A DNA stretch of 64,000 nt from Dehalococcoidia bacterium. GTDB lineage: Bacteria; Chloroflexota; Dehalococcoidia; UBA2979. The position numbers were made by a program, and so were the translations under genes. The notes beneath the pieces were generated by a model. It did no database searches and had not been told where the DNA came from. It saw only the letters and a program-made list of their open reading frames with translations. Below, piece after piece: positions 47,510 to 57,574 of this stretch. The DNA is taken from the NCBI GenBank assembly GCA_965219085.1, contig OZ244720.1, positions 3,241,962 to 3,305,961 on the forward strand, in the 5' to 3' direction. Numbering within the stretch: the stretch's first letter is position 1; every line of letters starts with the position of its first letter.

Positions 47510-49720
47510 GTGAAGCGCAACGGCCCTGGTCGACCGCGCCATCCCGACGTCCTGACGCCGGCCGAGTGGCGCCTGCTGGAGGCGTTGCGCGACGGCGGCA
47601 CGAACGCCGCGATCGCCACGCGCCTCGGCATCAGCCGCGACACGGTCAAGTACCACGTCTCGAACATGCTCGCGAAGCTGGAACTCGACGACCGCCGCGC
47701 GCTCGCGGCCTGGCGGCCCGGCGCCGAGCGAGGCCGCCTGCGTGGGCTGTTCACCTTCCCGGCGGCCATCGAGACGCTCGCGCGCTCCGTCGTCACGGTC
47801 GGCGTGGGCGCCGCGGCCGTCGCCGGCGTCGTGGTGGCGGTCGTCGCGGCCGTGGCCGTGGTGGCCGTAGTGCTGGTCGGGGGCGACGGGAACGGCGACT
47901 TCGCGGCGCTCAGGCCGGCGAACACGGTGACGCCGCAGCCCTCCCCCTCGGCGATGGCGGTCGCGCCGACGCCTACTGCGACCGTCACCCCGACGCCCAT
48001 CGCGACCGCGACGCCGACGCCCGCGCCGACTGCGACGCCGCCACCCACACCAACCCCGACCGTGACCCCCTCGCCCACGCCGACCCCGGCCCCGACCGCC
48101 TCACCCACACCCGTGCCGACGCCCGCACCCGTCGCCACGCCGCCGCCCGGTCGCTACGTCGACATCGAGGCCGGCTTCCGCCGCGCCTGCGCCCTGACCG
48201 ACGAGGGCGAGGTGGTGTGTTGGGGCGAGCTCAGCCCCGGCCATCCGGAGGTCCTACAGGGCCGCTACCAGGCGGTGATTTCGCCGCACTGGCAGAGCCC
48301 GGAGGGCGCATTCGGCGCCTGCGCACTGACGGAGGACGGTGGGGTGATGTGCTGGGACGCGCTAGCCGGCATGCAGCCCGTGGGATTGCCCGGGCCGTAC
48401 ACCACAGTGAGCGCGAGTAGCGGTCACATGTGCGCCGTCACCGAGACTCGGGAGGCCGAGTGCTGGGGTGCGAACTTCTACGGGCAGTCGGACGCACCAA
48501 CGGGGCGCTACACGGCCATCAGCACAGGGAGCATCAAGTACGCGGCGACGAGTTGCGCCCTGAGTGAGGCCGGGCAGATCGTCTGCTGGGGAGCCGGGTG
48601 GCAGACCGCCGACGCTCCGGCGGGCGTATACACGGCCGTGACCACGAGCGGGGGTCGCCACTGCTCACTCGCGGATGACGGTGAGATCGTCTGCGAAGGG
48701 TCCGCCGGCGCGCCTCCGGGCCTCTACCAGGCTGTCGATGCCAACTGGCTCCACACATGCGCCATTTCCGTCACCGGCGAGGCCGTCTGCTGGGGCGGCC
48801 AGACCACCATCTTGAGCCCGCCGCCCGGACGCTATACCGACATCAGCGTCGGCACCGAGTTCGCGTGCGCCTTGACGGCGGCCAGTGAGGCAAGGTGCTG
48901 GGAGTCACACAGGCCGGTATCGCAGCAGCCTGATCCCGCTCCAGGTCGCTACACCGCGGTCAGCGATGGCGGATACCACACCTGCGCCCTCACCGAGGAT
49001 GGCGAGGCGGTCTGCTGGGGCTGGAACATGCGCGGCCAGACGGAGCCACCGATCGAGTCGTTCACTACCATCGACTCGGGTAGCCACCACACATGTGCGC
49101 TGACGAAGGCAGGTGAGGCCGTGTGCTGGGGCGACAACTGGAACGGCCAGACCGACGCGCCGCCTGGTCGATACACCTCAATCAGCGCGGGTTCTCGTCA
49201 CACGTGCGCGGTGACCGATGACCGGCGCGCTATCTGCTGGGGTAGGGAAGGGCTCGGGGAGCCGGATGTGCCGTCGGGTGGGTACACAGCGATCAGCACC
49301 GGGAGCGAGCACGCCTGCGCGTTGGCGGTGAACGGCGAAGCGGTGTGCTGGGGCGAGAACAGCCAGGGCCAAATCGATGCGCCACCGGGCCGCTATATCG
49401 CCGTCAGCGTCGGGGGCGGACACTCCTGCGCGCTCACAGAGGCAGGACGGATAGTCTGCTGGGGCAGTTGGAACGACGACACAGCAATGGACGGGCTTGC
49501 GCCGTTCGTAGCTCTCAGCTCCAGTTGGTACACCACATGTGCCGTGACCGTAGCCGGCGAGGCGCATTGCTGGTCAGCCGATGGTCGCACCCTCGACACG
49601 CCTATCGGACCGTTCGAGGCGATCAGCCACGGCGGGAATCGCACCTGTGGAGTGACCAGGGATGGAGAGGTCGTCTGCCGGGGCGACGTTGAGTACCAAA
49701 TCGAGCCCTACGGCATCTGA
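47510..49720 (+). CDS. LuxR-type HTH + TM + Pro/Thr linker + RCC1-repeat protein
   Basis: [43 protein letters not shown], hydrophobic helix, (TP)n linker, about 14 HTCAL...GEAVCWG repeats. Confidence 0.88.
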   Translation: MKRNGPGRPRHPDVLTPAEWRLLEALRDGGTNAAIATRLGISRDTVKYHVSNMLAKLELDDRRALAAWRPGAERGRLRGLFTFPAAIETLARSVVTVGVGAAAVAGVVVAVVAAVAVVAVVLVGGDGNGDFAALRPANTVTPQPSPSAMAVAPTPTATVTPTPIATATPTPAPTATPPPTPTPTVTPSPTPTPAPTASPTPVPTPAPVATPPPGRYVDIEAGFRRACALTDEGEVVCWGELSPGHPEVLQGRYQAVISPHWQSPEGAFGACALTEDGGVMCWDALAGMQPVGLPGPYTTVSASSGHMCAVTETREAECWGANFYGQSDAPTGRYTAISTGSIKYAATSCALSEAGQIVCWGAGWQTADAPAGVYTAVTTSGGRHCSLADDGEIVCEGSAGAPPGLYQAVDANWLHTCAISVTGEAVCWGGQTTILSPPPGRYTDISVGTEFACALTAASEARCWESHRPVSQQPDPAPGRYTAVSDGGYHTCALTEDGEAVCWGWNMRGQTEPPIESFTTIDSGSHHTCALTKAGEAVCWGDNWNGQTDAPPGRYTSISAGSRHTCAVTDDRRAICWGREGLGEPDVPSGGYTAISTGSEHACALAVNGEAVCWGENSQGQIDAPPGRYIAVSVGGGHSCALTEAGRIVCWGSWNDDTAMDGLAPFVALSSSWYTTCAVTVAGEAHCWSADGRTLDTPIGPFEAISHGGNRTCGVTRDGEVVCRGDVEYQIEPYGI

Positions 49721-51054
49721 CTTGCCCTCGCCCAGTCCCCTGCCGCCATCCGCGCCACCTCGATCGCCATCCGCATCGTGTAGTTCTGGCCGCGGTCCTC
49801 GGGGTAGAGCTGCGTGTTGTTCGCCAGGTACAGGCCCTCGACGGGCGTGCGGTGGGGGGCGATCGTCTCGGCGTAGCGGTGGTGCACGATGGGCTGACCG
49901 GAGCGGTCCTTGAACATCCACATGTCGTCGATCCACGAGCGGTCGAACGAGGGGTTGATGCGGCGGATGTGGGGCTCGTAGCGGGCGAGCACCTGCTCCG
50001 CGTCCTCCTCGGTCACCGGGTCGCCGGGGTCGGCGTAGTTCGAGAAGTAGACGATGTGCTTGCCGCCGTACTCGGCGGGGTCGCGGAAGTTCGTCTGCTC
50101 GACCGCGACGACGAACGGGCAGTCGGCGTCGGTGGCCGTGAGCCAGTAGATCTCCGACAGCGGCCGGTCGATCGAGAGCACCAGCACGGTCGCCCACTGG
50201 TAGTCGACGCCATCGAGGAGCGCGCGGTACTCCTCGCCGAGCTCCGGCGCGAGCCGCGCGAGGATCGGCGAGGCGACGGTCGCGAGCACCACGTCGGCGG
50301 GTAGCAGCTCGGACTCGCCGCCGGGCTCGGCGGGTTCGAGCTCGACGCCCGTCGCGCGGCCGTCCTCGACGACCACCCGGCGCACGGGCCGGCCGGCAAG
50401 CACGGTGCCGCCGCGCGCCTCGATGGCCGCGGTGAACGCGTCGACCATGCGGCCGAAGGAGCCGCTGAGGTAGCCGAGCTGCTCCTTCGCGAGCGGGCCG
50501 CCTTCGCGCGAGGCGAAGCGGAGGTAGATCTTGCTCCAGAACCACGGCATCGCCACGTCGGGGGCGTGGCGGCCGAACTTGGCGCGCAGGAGCGGGCCCC
50601 ACACGCGCTCGTAGCCCTCCCGGCCCGCACGGCGTCTGATCCACTCCGCCGCGCGCTGCCCCTCGTAGCGCTCCCAGTCGGCGACGCGACGCAGCCACAG
50701 CGCGCTCAGGCCGAGGCGCAGCCGTGTCAGCAGCGAGACCGGCGTGAAGCGCAGCAGGTCGAGCGCGCCGGTGAAGCGGAAGATGCGGCCCTCGACGAGC
50801 ATCCCCACCTTCGACTCGCGCCACTCGAGGTCCTCGCCGAGGCCGAGTTCCTCGATCAGCTCGGCGATGACGGTGTCGGAGCGGAAGAGGTGGTGGTAGA
50901 AGCTCTCGATCCGCCCGCCGCCGATCTCGAACGTGCGTATCTGCCCGCCGAGCACCGGGGATGCCTCGACGAGGTGCACCGAGTGGCCCTGCTTCGCCAG
51001 CTCGTAGGCGGCGGCGAGACCGCCCACCCCGGCCCCGATCACGACCGCCCTCAT
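49708..51054 (-). CDS. NAD(P)/FAD-dependent oxidoreductase (amine oxidase/HemY-like, glycosylation-locus type)
   Basis: [12 protein letters not shown] Rossmann motif, [22 protein letters not shown]. Confidence 0.88.
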   Translation of the reverse strand: MRAVVIGAGVGGLAAAYELAKQGHSVHLVEASPVLGGQIRTFEIGGGRIESFYHHLFRSDTVIAELIEELGLGEDLEWRESKVGMLVEGRIFRFTGALDLLRFTPVSLLTRLRLGLSALWLRRVADWERYEGQRAAEWIRRRAGREGYERVWGPLLRAKFGRHAPDVAMPWFWSKIYLRFASREGGPLAKEQLGYLSGSFGRMVDAFTAAIEARGGTVLAGRPVRRVVVEDGRATGVELEPAEPGGESELLPADVVLATVASPILARLAPELGEEYRALLDGVDYQWATVLVLSIDRPLSEIYWLTATDADCPFVVAVEQTNFRDPAEYGGKHIVYFSNYADPGDPVTEEDAEQVLARYEPHIRRINPSFDRSWIDDMWMFKDRSGQPIVHHRYAETIAPHRTPVEGLYLANNTQLYPEDRGQNYTMRMAIEVARMAAGDWARASQMP

Positions 51055-51085
51055 GCGGGTATACCCGCATCCCAGAGAGACACGA

Positions 51086-52180
51086 CTACCCGGACTTCCG
51101 CGGATGCGCGGCGGTGACGGGTTCACCGACCGGCTCCGGGCCGTCCGCCGCAGGCTCGTCGCCCGCGTGGAGGATGGCGCCGACGGCGATGTGACGCCGC
51201 CACAGCAGCAGCAGGCCGAGCAGCACGACGGGGATGAGCAGCAGCGCGTGCAGCGCGATCGCGTAGGCCGTGCCGACGGCGATCGTGGCGCCGAACACCA
51301 CGGCGGTCTCGCGCGCGAGCAACTCGAACGGCCCGATGCCGCCCGAGGTCCACGGCACGGCGATGGCGAGGTTCGCGGCCCCGCACACGCCAAGGTAGAG
51401 CAGCGGGTCGAGGCTCAGGCCCATGCCGACCCCCACGAGCCAGTACATCGCCGCCTCGAGCGCCCACGAGGCGGCGCTGACGACGAAGATCGCGGTCCAG
51501 CCACGCGCGCTGCGTACCGCCGTCAGACCCTCGAGCAGGCGCGCGAGGCGCGGCGCAACGAGTGCGCGCAGCCGCGTGGGTGCGAGCGCGAGCAGGCGCG
51601 TCGCCAGTGCGGGGTCGCGGGCGAGGCGCGGGCCGAGCAGCATCAGGCCGAGCGTGAGCACGACGAAGCCGATGCCCGTCGCCGCGGCGAGGGCGCGCAG
51701 CGCGCCGTTCCCGCCGGCGAGCGCGATCGTGCCGGCCAGGAACAGCGCGAGCACGAGCCCGTCGAGGATCCGCTCGAGCCCGATCGTGCCGAGGGCGCGT
51801 GCGCGGTCGGCCTCGTGACGGTCGTGCAGCAGCTGCACGCGCACGAACTCGCCGGCGCGCATCGGCAGCACGTTGTTGGCGGCGTAGCCGATCACCACGA
51901 GCGCCGTCGCGTCGTTCGTCGAGAGCTGCGCGGTGCCGCGCAGCGCCATGCGCCAGCGCGCCCCGCGCACCCACAGCGCCACGAGGTACACGCCGAAGGC
52001 GAGGACCAGCCACGCGGGCTGGGCGGCGCCGAAGGCGTCCCCAAGCTCCGCGAAGTCGACGCGCCAGAGCAGGAGCGCGACGAACAGCAGGCTGACCGCG
52101 AGTCCGATCGCGGCGCGGCGTTTGCCCACGCCCACTCCCGTCCAGCCCGCGGGAACCACCTCGCCCCGCCGTGGTTCCAT
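51086..52180 (-). CDS. Flippase-like (LPG synthase TM / UPF0104) membrane protein
   Basis: RGARWR, NNVLPMRAGEFVR, ERILD, SGGIGPFE; start uncertain. Confidence 0.85.
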   Translation of the reverse strand: MEPRRGEVVPAGWTGVGVGKRRAAIGLAVSLLFVALLLWRVDFAELGDAFGAAQPAWLVLAFGVYLVALWVRGARWRMALRGTAQLSTNDATALVVIGYAANNVLPMRAGEFVRVQLLHDRHEADRARALGTIGLERILDGLVLALFLAGTIALAGGNGALRALAAATGIGFVVLTLGLMLLGPRLARDPALATRLLALAPTRLRALVAPRLARLLEGLTAVRSARGWTAIFVVSAASWALEAAMYWLVGVGMGLSLDPLLYLGVCGAANLAIAVPWTSGGIGPFELLARETAVVFGATIAVGTAYAIALHALLLIPVVLLGLLLLWRRHIAVGAILHAGDEPAADGPEPVGEPVTAAHPRKSG

Positions 52181-52250
52181 GTTGGGCCACGCGGGCGCAT
52201 GCGGCCAGCGGCGGGGACGCCCCTTCGGTGGCGCAGCGCTTCGAGGGGCG

Positions 52251-54194
52251 CTACGGCGGGAAGAGCACCTCGCCGCGCAGCGCGCCGATCGTCTCCTCGG
52301 GCACGCCGCCGGCGATGAAGTCTGCCCAGTCGGCGATGAGCTCACCCGACGCCAGCCCGTCAAGCAGGCTTCCCCACGAAGTCGTGCGGTACCCGGCCTC
52401 CGGGAACCACCAGCGATGCACGTAGGGGCGGCTGAAGGCGAAGCGCTGGCGCAGCGCCGCGTCGTACGGCAGCGTCGTGCTGGAGGTGATGACGATGGCG
52501 TCTTCGGCGTATCCGCCGGCGCGCACGGACTCCGCCGGCAGGTAGCGAACATCGGGTAGGTCGCGCAGGTACCAGGCCCAGGGCCACGTCAGCGAGGATG
52601 TCGTGTCCACGACGATCGTCACGGGGTCCGGGCGGGCGGCCACGTGGTCCTCGATCTCGCGCGTGAGGCGAGGCACGTCGGGTGCGGTCTGAGTGTAAAT
52701 GAGCGGCTCGACGGGCGTGTCCGGATGCCCGAACGAGACCCCGACCGCGGTGCGCAGCGAGAGCACCACGAGGAGCAACACCGCGGCCGCGCCCGCGCCC
52801 GCCGCCCCCCAGGTCGCCACCGTCGCGCGCTCGTCGCGCAGGCGCCGCCACAGCGGTGGTAGCGCGGCGCCGATCGCATGGCCCGCGAGGAGTGCGAGCG
52901 GCACTGCGAGGTGCACGTTGAGCCACGGCATCTTCTCGCCCGCGAACGTCAGCACGAGCAGCGTCGATACGAACCACCACGCGAGCAGCCTCGCCAGCCC
53001 GTCACCGCGCCGCAGCAGCCAGGCGCCGCCGAGGAGCGCCGGGATCAGCACCAGGAACTCGTAGAGCGGGAGCATCATCAGGTAGTAGAACCACGGCTGA
53101 TTGCCGCGGCGCACGTCCTGCTGGTCGAGCCAGTAGTCGAGCTGCCCCCAGAACGCGCCGAGGAAGCCGTCGGGGTTGGTGAACCACGTCGTGTAGAGCG
53201 GCACCGTGATGGCGAGCACGACCAGCGCGAGCAGCGGCCAGCGCCGGGCGTCCCACGCCATGCCGACCAGCGCCGCCGCGCCCATCGTCGCGAGGACCGT
53301 GACCGTCACGCCGTGCCCGGCGCCGAGGCGGCTCGTCTCCGCATCGCCCGTCACGAACTGGTAGCCGGCGGCCAGGAACGGGAGCGTCAGCGTGCCGAGC
53401 ACCACGAGCAGGTCGGCCTCGCGCGGGCGCTCCCCGAACCCCAGCCGCGCGCGCAGCGGATCGAGGTGCGTCCACAGCGCAGCGACGACCCACGCGACGG
53501 GAAACAGCGCCATCGCCAGTGCGGCGCGTCGAGGTCCACGCGCGTCTGCCTGGTCGAGCAGGGCCCCGGTAAGCGTCGCGTTGAGGTAGAGCAGGGTGCT
53601 GGCGAGGACGATGTACGCCGTCTCCTTCGTCGCGAACCCGAGCGCGAGCGCGGCGGCGGCGAGCACGAGCCAGCGCGTGCGGCCGTCGGCGCGGTAGCGC
53701 CAGACGGCGGCCACGATCAGCACCGCCCAGAGCACCGCGATCACGTCGTTGCGGGAGAAGCGCGAGAAGTAGAGCAACACCGGCGAGAGGGTGAGCAGCG
53801 TGGCGGCCGCGACGGTCGCCACCGGGCCGATCGAGCGCCGGAACAGCAGGGGCGTCGTCACGAGCGCGGCGCCCGCCAGCGCCATCGGCAGGCGCGATGT
53901 GACGTCGCCGTCGCCTGCGAGCTTGAACAGGCCGGCGACGGCATGGAACAACAGCGGGCCGTGCATGAGCGGGTTGTGCTCGTAACCACGGCCCTCGGCG
54001 AGGTACCACGCGAACGTGGCGTGCAACGACTCGTCGTGGTGCATCGCGCGGCTGCCGAGCTCGACCACGCGCAGCAGGAGCGCCACGGCGGCGATCGCGA
54101 GCACGGCCAGCGCGAGGCCATCGGGAGCGTGCGGGCGCCGAACCAGCGCGGAGAAGCCACCATGCGGCCTCGCCAGCTGCTCCTCCGTGCTCAC
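52251..54194 (-). CDS. TIGR03663/Agl23-like GT-C fold membrane protein
   Basis: MHHDESLHA, NPLMHGP, YFSRFSRND, TKETAY, YWLDQQDVRRGNQPWFYY, YTQT, WPWAWYLR. Confidence 0.85.
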   Translation of the reverse strand: MSTEEQLARPHGGFSALVRRPHAPDGLALAVLAIAAVALLLRVVELGSRAMHHDESLHATFAWYLAEGRGYEHNPLMHGPLLFHAVAGLFKLAGDGDVTSRLPMALAGAALVTTPLLFRRSIGPVATVAAATLLTLSPVLLYFSRFSRNDVIAVLWAVLIVAAVWRYRADGRTRWLVLAAAALALGFATKETAYIVLASTLLYLNATLTGALLDQADARGPRRAALAMALFPVAWVVAALWTHLDPLRARLGFGERPREADLLVVLGTLTLPFLAAGYQFVTGDAETSRLGAGHGVTVTVLATMGAAALVGMAWDARRWPLLALVVLAITVPLYTTWFTNPDGFLGAFWGQLDYWLDQQDVRRGNQPWFYYLMMLPLYEFLVLIPALLGGAWLLRRGDGLARLLAWWFVSTLLVLTFAGEKMPWLNVHLAVPLALLAGHAIGAALPPLWRRLRDERATVATWGAAGAGAAAVLLLVVLSLRTAVGVSFGHPDTPVEPLIYTQTAPDVPRLTREIEDHVAARPDPVTIVVDTTSSLTWPWAWYLRDLPDVRYLPAESVRAGGYAEDAIVITSSTTLPYDAALRQRFAFSRPYVHRWWFPEAGYRTTSWGSLLDGLASGELIADWADFIAGGVPEETIGALRGEVLFPP

Positions 54195-56506
54195 GGCGCG
54201 CCTCCCGGCGGGACCACGACGATGCGCGTGCCGAACGCATCGAACGCCGCTGGCCAGTCCCCGAATCTCGCCGCGACGTCCTCGCCGTAGCGCTGACGCT
54301 CCTCGCGTCCGAGGTAGATGTGCGTGACGCCCCAGCGGGCGAGGAGCCCGAGCATCCGCGGCGTCGCGCCTTCTCCGTATATCTCATCGACGGCGGCCTG
54401 CCGCTCGCCGATGGGCGGGTGGGCGCGCCACTGCAGTTGGTGCCCCGGCCATCCCAGCAGCGTCGGCACGCCGCTGGCCGCCGAGATCGCGTTGCCGCGG
54501 CTGTACGACGCACCCACGGCCTCGAGCAGCGTGTGCCGCTCGGCGTCCAGGTGCGTCCGCACCCAGTGCAGCGCCGCCGCGCCACCCGGGTCGCGGACGT
54601 CGAGGTACGCGAGCGCGTCGAGGGTGCGCTCCTGTCCCTCGCGCGCGCGGCTCACAGCCGCGGCCGGCGCGTACAGGAGCGAGCCGAGCCAGAGGAGCGT
54701 CACGACCGCGGCCACGGCGCCGAGCACGAGCGGGCGTGGGCGGAGGAGCGCGCTTCCTTCGATCGGGATGAGCCGGGACCTCGGAGCGCGGTCCCATGCG
54801 AGGGCAACGCCGACCGCGCCCGCGAGCGCCAGCAGTGGCCAGACGGCGCCCCAGAACTTGAACACGCTGTTGAGGCGCCCGTACCCGAGCGCGTCGGTGA
54901 TGTGGAAGAGCTCCGTCATCAGCACGATCGCCCCCGCGGCAGCGGCGAGGGCGAGCCACGCCGCCCGGTCGCGGGCCGCATCGCGGTAGGCGCTCGCTGC
55001 CGCCACGCCGGCGGTCGCGGTGGCCACGACGAGCACCGCCAACGTGAGCCAGCCCGAAGCGCGGTCTGTGAACGCGACGGTCTCACCGGCAATCACGGCG
55101 GCGACGGCCCACGCGCCGACCGGCGTCGCCGCGAGCAGCAGGCCCCTCACCAGGCCAGCACGGTCGCTTGCCGTGCGCGTGAACATGGCTGCGATCACCA
55201 CCGGTACGAGCACCGAGCCCCAGAACAGCAGGAAGCGCGCCGGGTCGCTGGCGCCACCGGTGACCAGCGCGAGGCCGGGGCGTTCGCCCTCGAACGTCGC
55301 GATCATCGGCCAGGCGATGACGAGCCCGGCCACGGTGGGAAGCGCGAGGTAGCGCACGGCCCCGAAGATCGCGCCCGGGAGCGGCCAGCCAACCGACGCG
55401 AAGACCCATGTCCCCGCTGCGAGCCAGATCACCCCGTAGGTGATGACGTCCCACGCGTTCGTCATCGCGAGCCCGGCGAACAGCGCGCCCGCCACCACGA
55501 GCGCGCCGGGCTGGCCGGTCCAGCGACGCCAGGTGAGCGCCGTCCCGCCCTCGAAGGTGTCGAGGGAGAGCGCGACGGCGACCAGGCCGAGCGGCAGCGC
55601 GAGCACGTGGGCGTGGAGGTCGCCGAGGATCAGCGAGAACGCCGGGAACTCGCTGATCGTGCCGGGCACGACGCGCGTTGCACGCCACCACCACCAGAAC
55701 GCGTCGGGCACGGCGTGCGTCGCCTCGGCGGGGCCGGGCAGTCCGGCCACCCCGAGCGTGCCCCAGAACCCGGCCCCGCCGATCCCGTTCGCCGCCGCGA
55801 GCTCCGCGAGACCCTCGAGCGGGGCAAGCCAGATCACGCCCACGACGGCGAGCGCGGCCGCGATCCAGACCGTCGAGCGGCGGCGCGGGCGCCCGAGTCC
55901 AACGGCATCGATGGCGAGCCCCGCGGTGGTGGCTGCAACCATCGCGCCGGCGGCGGCCAGTCCGAGGTTGAAGCCGTACCCCGGCCCGATGCTGGTGAGT
56001 TGCTGCGCCACGTCCACCATCACGTGTCCGAGGTGGTAGTAGGAGACGTCGAACCCGGCCAGCCACGCGTCGGGCGGCGGCATGTCCGCGGCGTGATGCA
56101 CGGCGTTGAGCAGCATCAGGTCCATCGGCTTCTCGGTCGCGATGGCCGCCGGCGCCTGTGCGCGGATGAAGGCGAGCAGCACGAACACGGCGAGGAACAG
56201 CGCCTCGCCGGCGAGCACCGTCCCCTTGCGCTCGACAAGCAGGCGGAGCCGTGCCGGGTCGCGCCACGCGATCCAGGCCGACCAGGCGTAGAGCGCGGCG
56301 AGCGCGATCACGATCAGCCCGATCCCGTACGGCGCGGCAGTGAGGGCCGCCGTCAGCCACGCGGCCTGCCCGACCAGTACGAACGCAACCGGGCGGGCGT
56401 ACAGCACGCCGCGCGAACGCAGGCGCGTGAACAGCAGGGTGGACGGGAGTACCCCCGCGACCCCAACGGCGAGCGTCGCAAGGTACCAGGCGAGGACCTC
56501 GAACAT
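54191..56506 (-). CDS. DUF2298 (Chlor_Arch_YYY-like) GT-C membrane protein
   Basis: TEKPMD, PPPDAWLAG..SYYHLG, ISEFPAFSLILGDLHAH, NSVFKFW, GVPTLLGWPGHQLQWR. Confidence 0.85.
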   Translation of the reverse strand: MFEVLAWYLATLAVGVAGVLPSTLLFTRLRSRGVLYARPVAFVLVGQAAWLTAALTAAPYGIGLIVIALAALYAWSAWIAWRDPARLRLLVERKGTVLAGEALFLAVFVLLAFIRAQAPAAIATEKPMDLMLLNAVHHAADMPPPDAWLAGFDVSYYHLGHVMVDVAQQLTSIGPGYGFNLGLAAAGAMVAATTAGLAIDAVGLGRPRRRSTVWIAAALAVVGVIWLAPLEGLAELAAANGIGGAGFWGTLGVAGLPGPAEATHAVPDAFWWWWRATRVVPGTISEFPAFSLILGDLHAHVLALPLGLVAVALSLDTFEGGTALTWRRWTGQPGALVVAGALFAGLAMTNAWDVITYGVIWLAAGTWVFASVGWPLPGAIFGAVRYLALPTVAGLVIAWPMIATFEGERPGLALVTGGASDPARFLLFWGSVLVPVVIAAMFTRTASDRAGLVRGLLLAATPVGAWAVAAVIAGETVAFTDRASGWLTLAVLVVATATAGVAAASAYRDAARDRAAWLALAAAAGAIVLMTELFHITDALGYGRLNSVFKFWGAVWPLLALAGAVGVALAWDRAPRSRLIPIEGSALLRPRPLVLGAVAAVVTLLWLGSLLYAPAAAVSRAREGQERTLDALAYLDVRDPGGAAALHWVRTHLDAERHTLLEAVGASYSRGNAISAASGVPTLLGWPGHQLQWRAHPPIGERQAAVDEIYGEGATPRMLGLLARWGVTHIYLGREERQRYGEDVAARFGDWPAAFDAFGTRIVVVPPGGAP

Positions 56507-56518
56507 GGCGTCGCGGCG

Positions 56519-57490
56519 TCAGGCTTCCGCGGTCTGTGGCGCCGTCTCCGGCATCGCCAACAGCGCGTCTACGAACGCCGCAGGGTCGAAGGGCGCCAGG
56601 TCGCCGGGCCCATCACCGGTACCGATAAACCGCACCGGCAGCCCGAGCTGGGAGGCGACGGCGAACACGATCCCACCCTTAGCGCTCCCGTCGAGCTTCG
56701 TGAGGATCACCGAGGTCACCTCGACGGCCTCGGTGAAGGCCCGCGCCTGCGCGAGCCCGTTCTGGCCCGTCGTCGCGTCCAGCACGAGCGCGACCTCGTC
56801 CGGTCCGCGCCCCAGCTGGCGCTCGATAACGCGACGCATCTTCGACAGCTCGTCGAGGAGGTGCTGCTTGTTGTGGAGCCGCCCGGCCGTGTCGACGAGC
56901 ACGATGTCGTGCCCGCGGGCCTGCGCGGCCTCGGCGGCGTCGAAGGCAACGGCGGCCGCGTCGGCGCCCTGCTGGTGCGCGACGATGTCGAAGCCGATGC
57001 GGTCGCTCCAGGTCCGCAGTTGGTCGATGGCCGCGGCACGGAAGGTGTCGCCCGCCGCGGCGAGGACGCGCTTGCCGTCCTCGCCGTAGGCGTGCGCGAG
57101 CCGCGCGATCGCGGTCGTCTTGCCGGTCCCGTTCACCCCCACCACGAGCACGACGGCGGGGTGCGGCGGCGGGTCGACGGCGTCCGGCCCCCAGAGCCGG
57201 CCGGCGCCACGGGGCGCATCGAGGATCGCAACGAGCTCACGCCGGAGCGCGTCTCGCACCTCGTCGGAACTCGAGGGGTTCGTGGCGCGGATGTGGTCGA
57301 GCACATCGAAGGTGGTCTCAACGCCGGTGTCGGCGCCGATCAGCACCTCCTCCAGCGACTCCCAGAGCTCGGGGCCGACGTCTCTGCCCCGCAGCACGTC
57401 ACTCACCCGCCCGAACCACGAGCGGCGCGTGCGCGCGAGGGCTTCGCCGGTCGCCGCCTCGGACTCCTTGCTGCGGCCGAACAGTCTCAC
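56519..57490 (-). CDS. ftsY: SRP receptor FtsY
   Basis: GVNGTGKTT, DTFRAAA, DTAGRLH, DATTGQNG, TKLDGSAKGG. Confidence 0.97.
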   Translation of the reverse strand: MRLFGRSKESEAATGEALARTRRSWFGRVSDVLRGRDVGPELWESLEEVLIGADTGVETTFDVLDHIRATNPSSSDEVRDALRRELVAILDAPRGAGRLWGPDAVDPPPHPAVVLVVGVNGTGKTTAIARLAHAYGEDGKRVLAAAGDTFRAAAIDQLRTWSDRIGFDIVAHQQGADAAAVAFDAAEAAQARGHDIVLVDTAGRLHNKQHLLDELSKMRRVIERQLGRGPDEVALVLDATTGQNGLAQARAFTEAVEVTSVILTKLDGSAKGGIVFAVASQLGLPVRFIGTGDGPGDLAPFDPAAFVDALLAMPETAPQTAEA

Positions 57491-57574
57491 GCCACGTCTC
57501 CATCCCGCGCCGCCGTGTGCGTCGATGGTATGGCCAAGGCCGGGCCGTGGCTACGCGCCCTACGGATCGGCGCG

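Noticed and set aside
27245-49720. Diversity-generating retroelement or cassette shuffling between the two RCC1 genes
   Set aside because: No reverse transcriptase and no near-identical TR/VR pair seen; the repeats are diverged at the DNA level.
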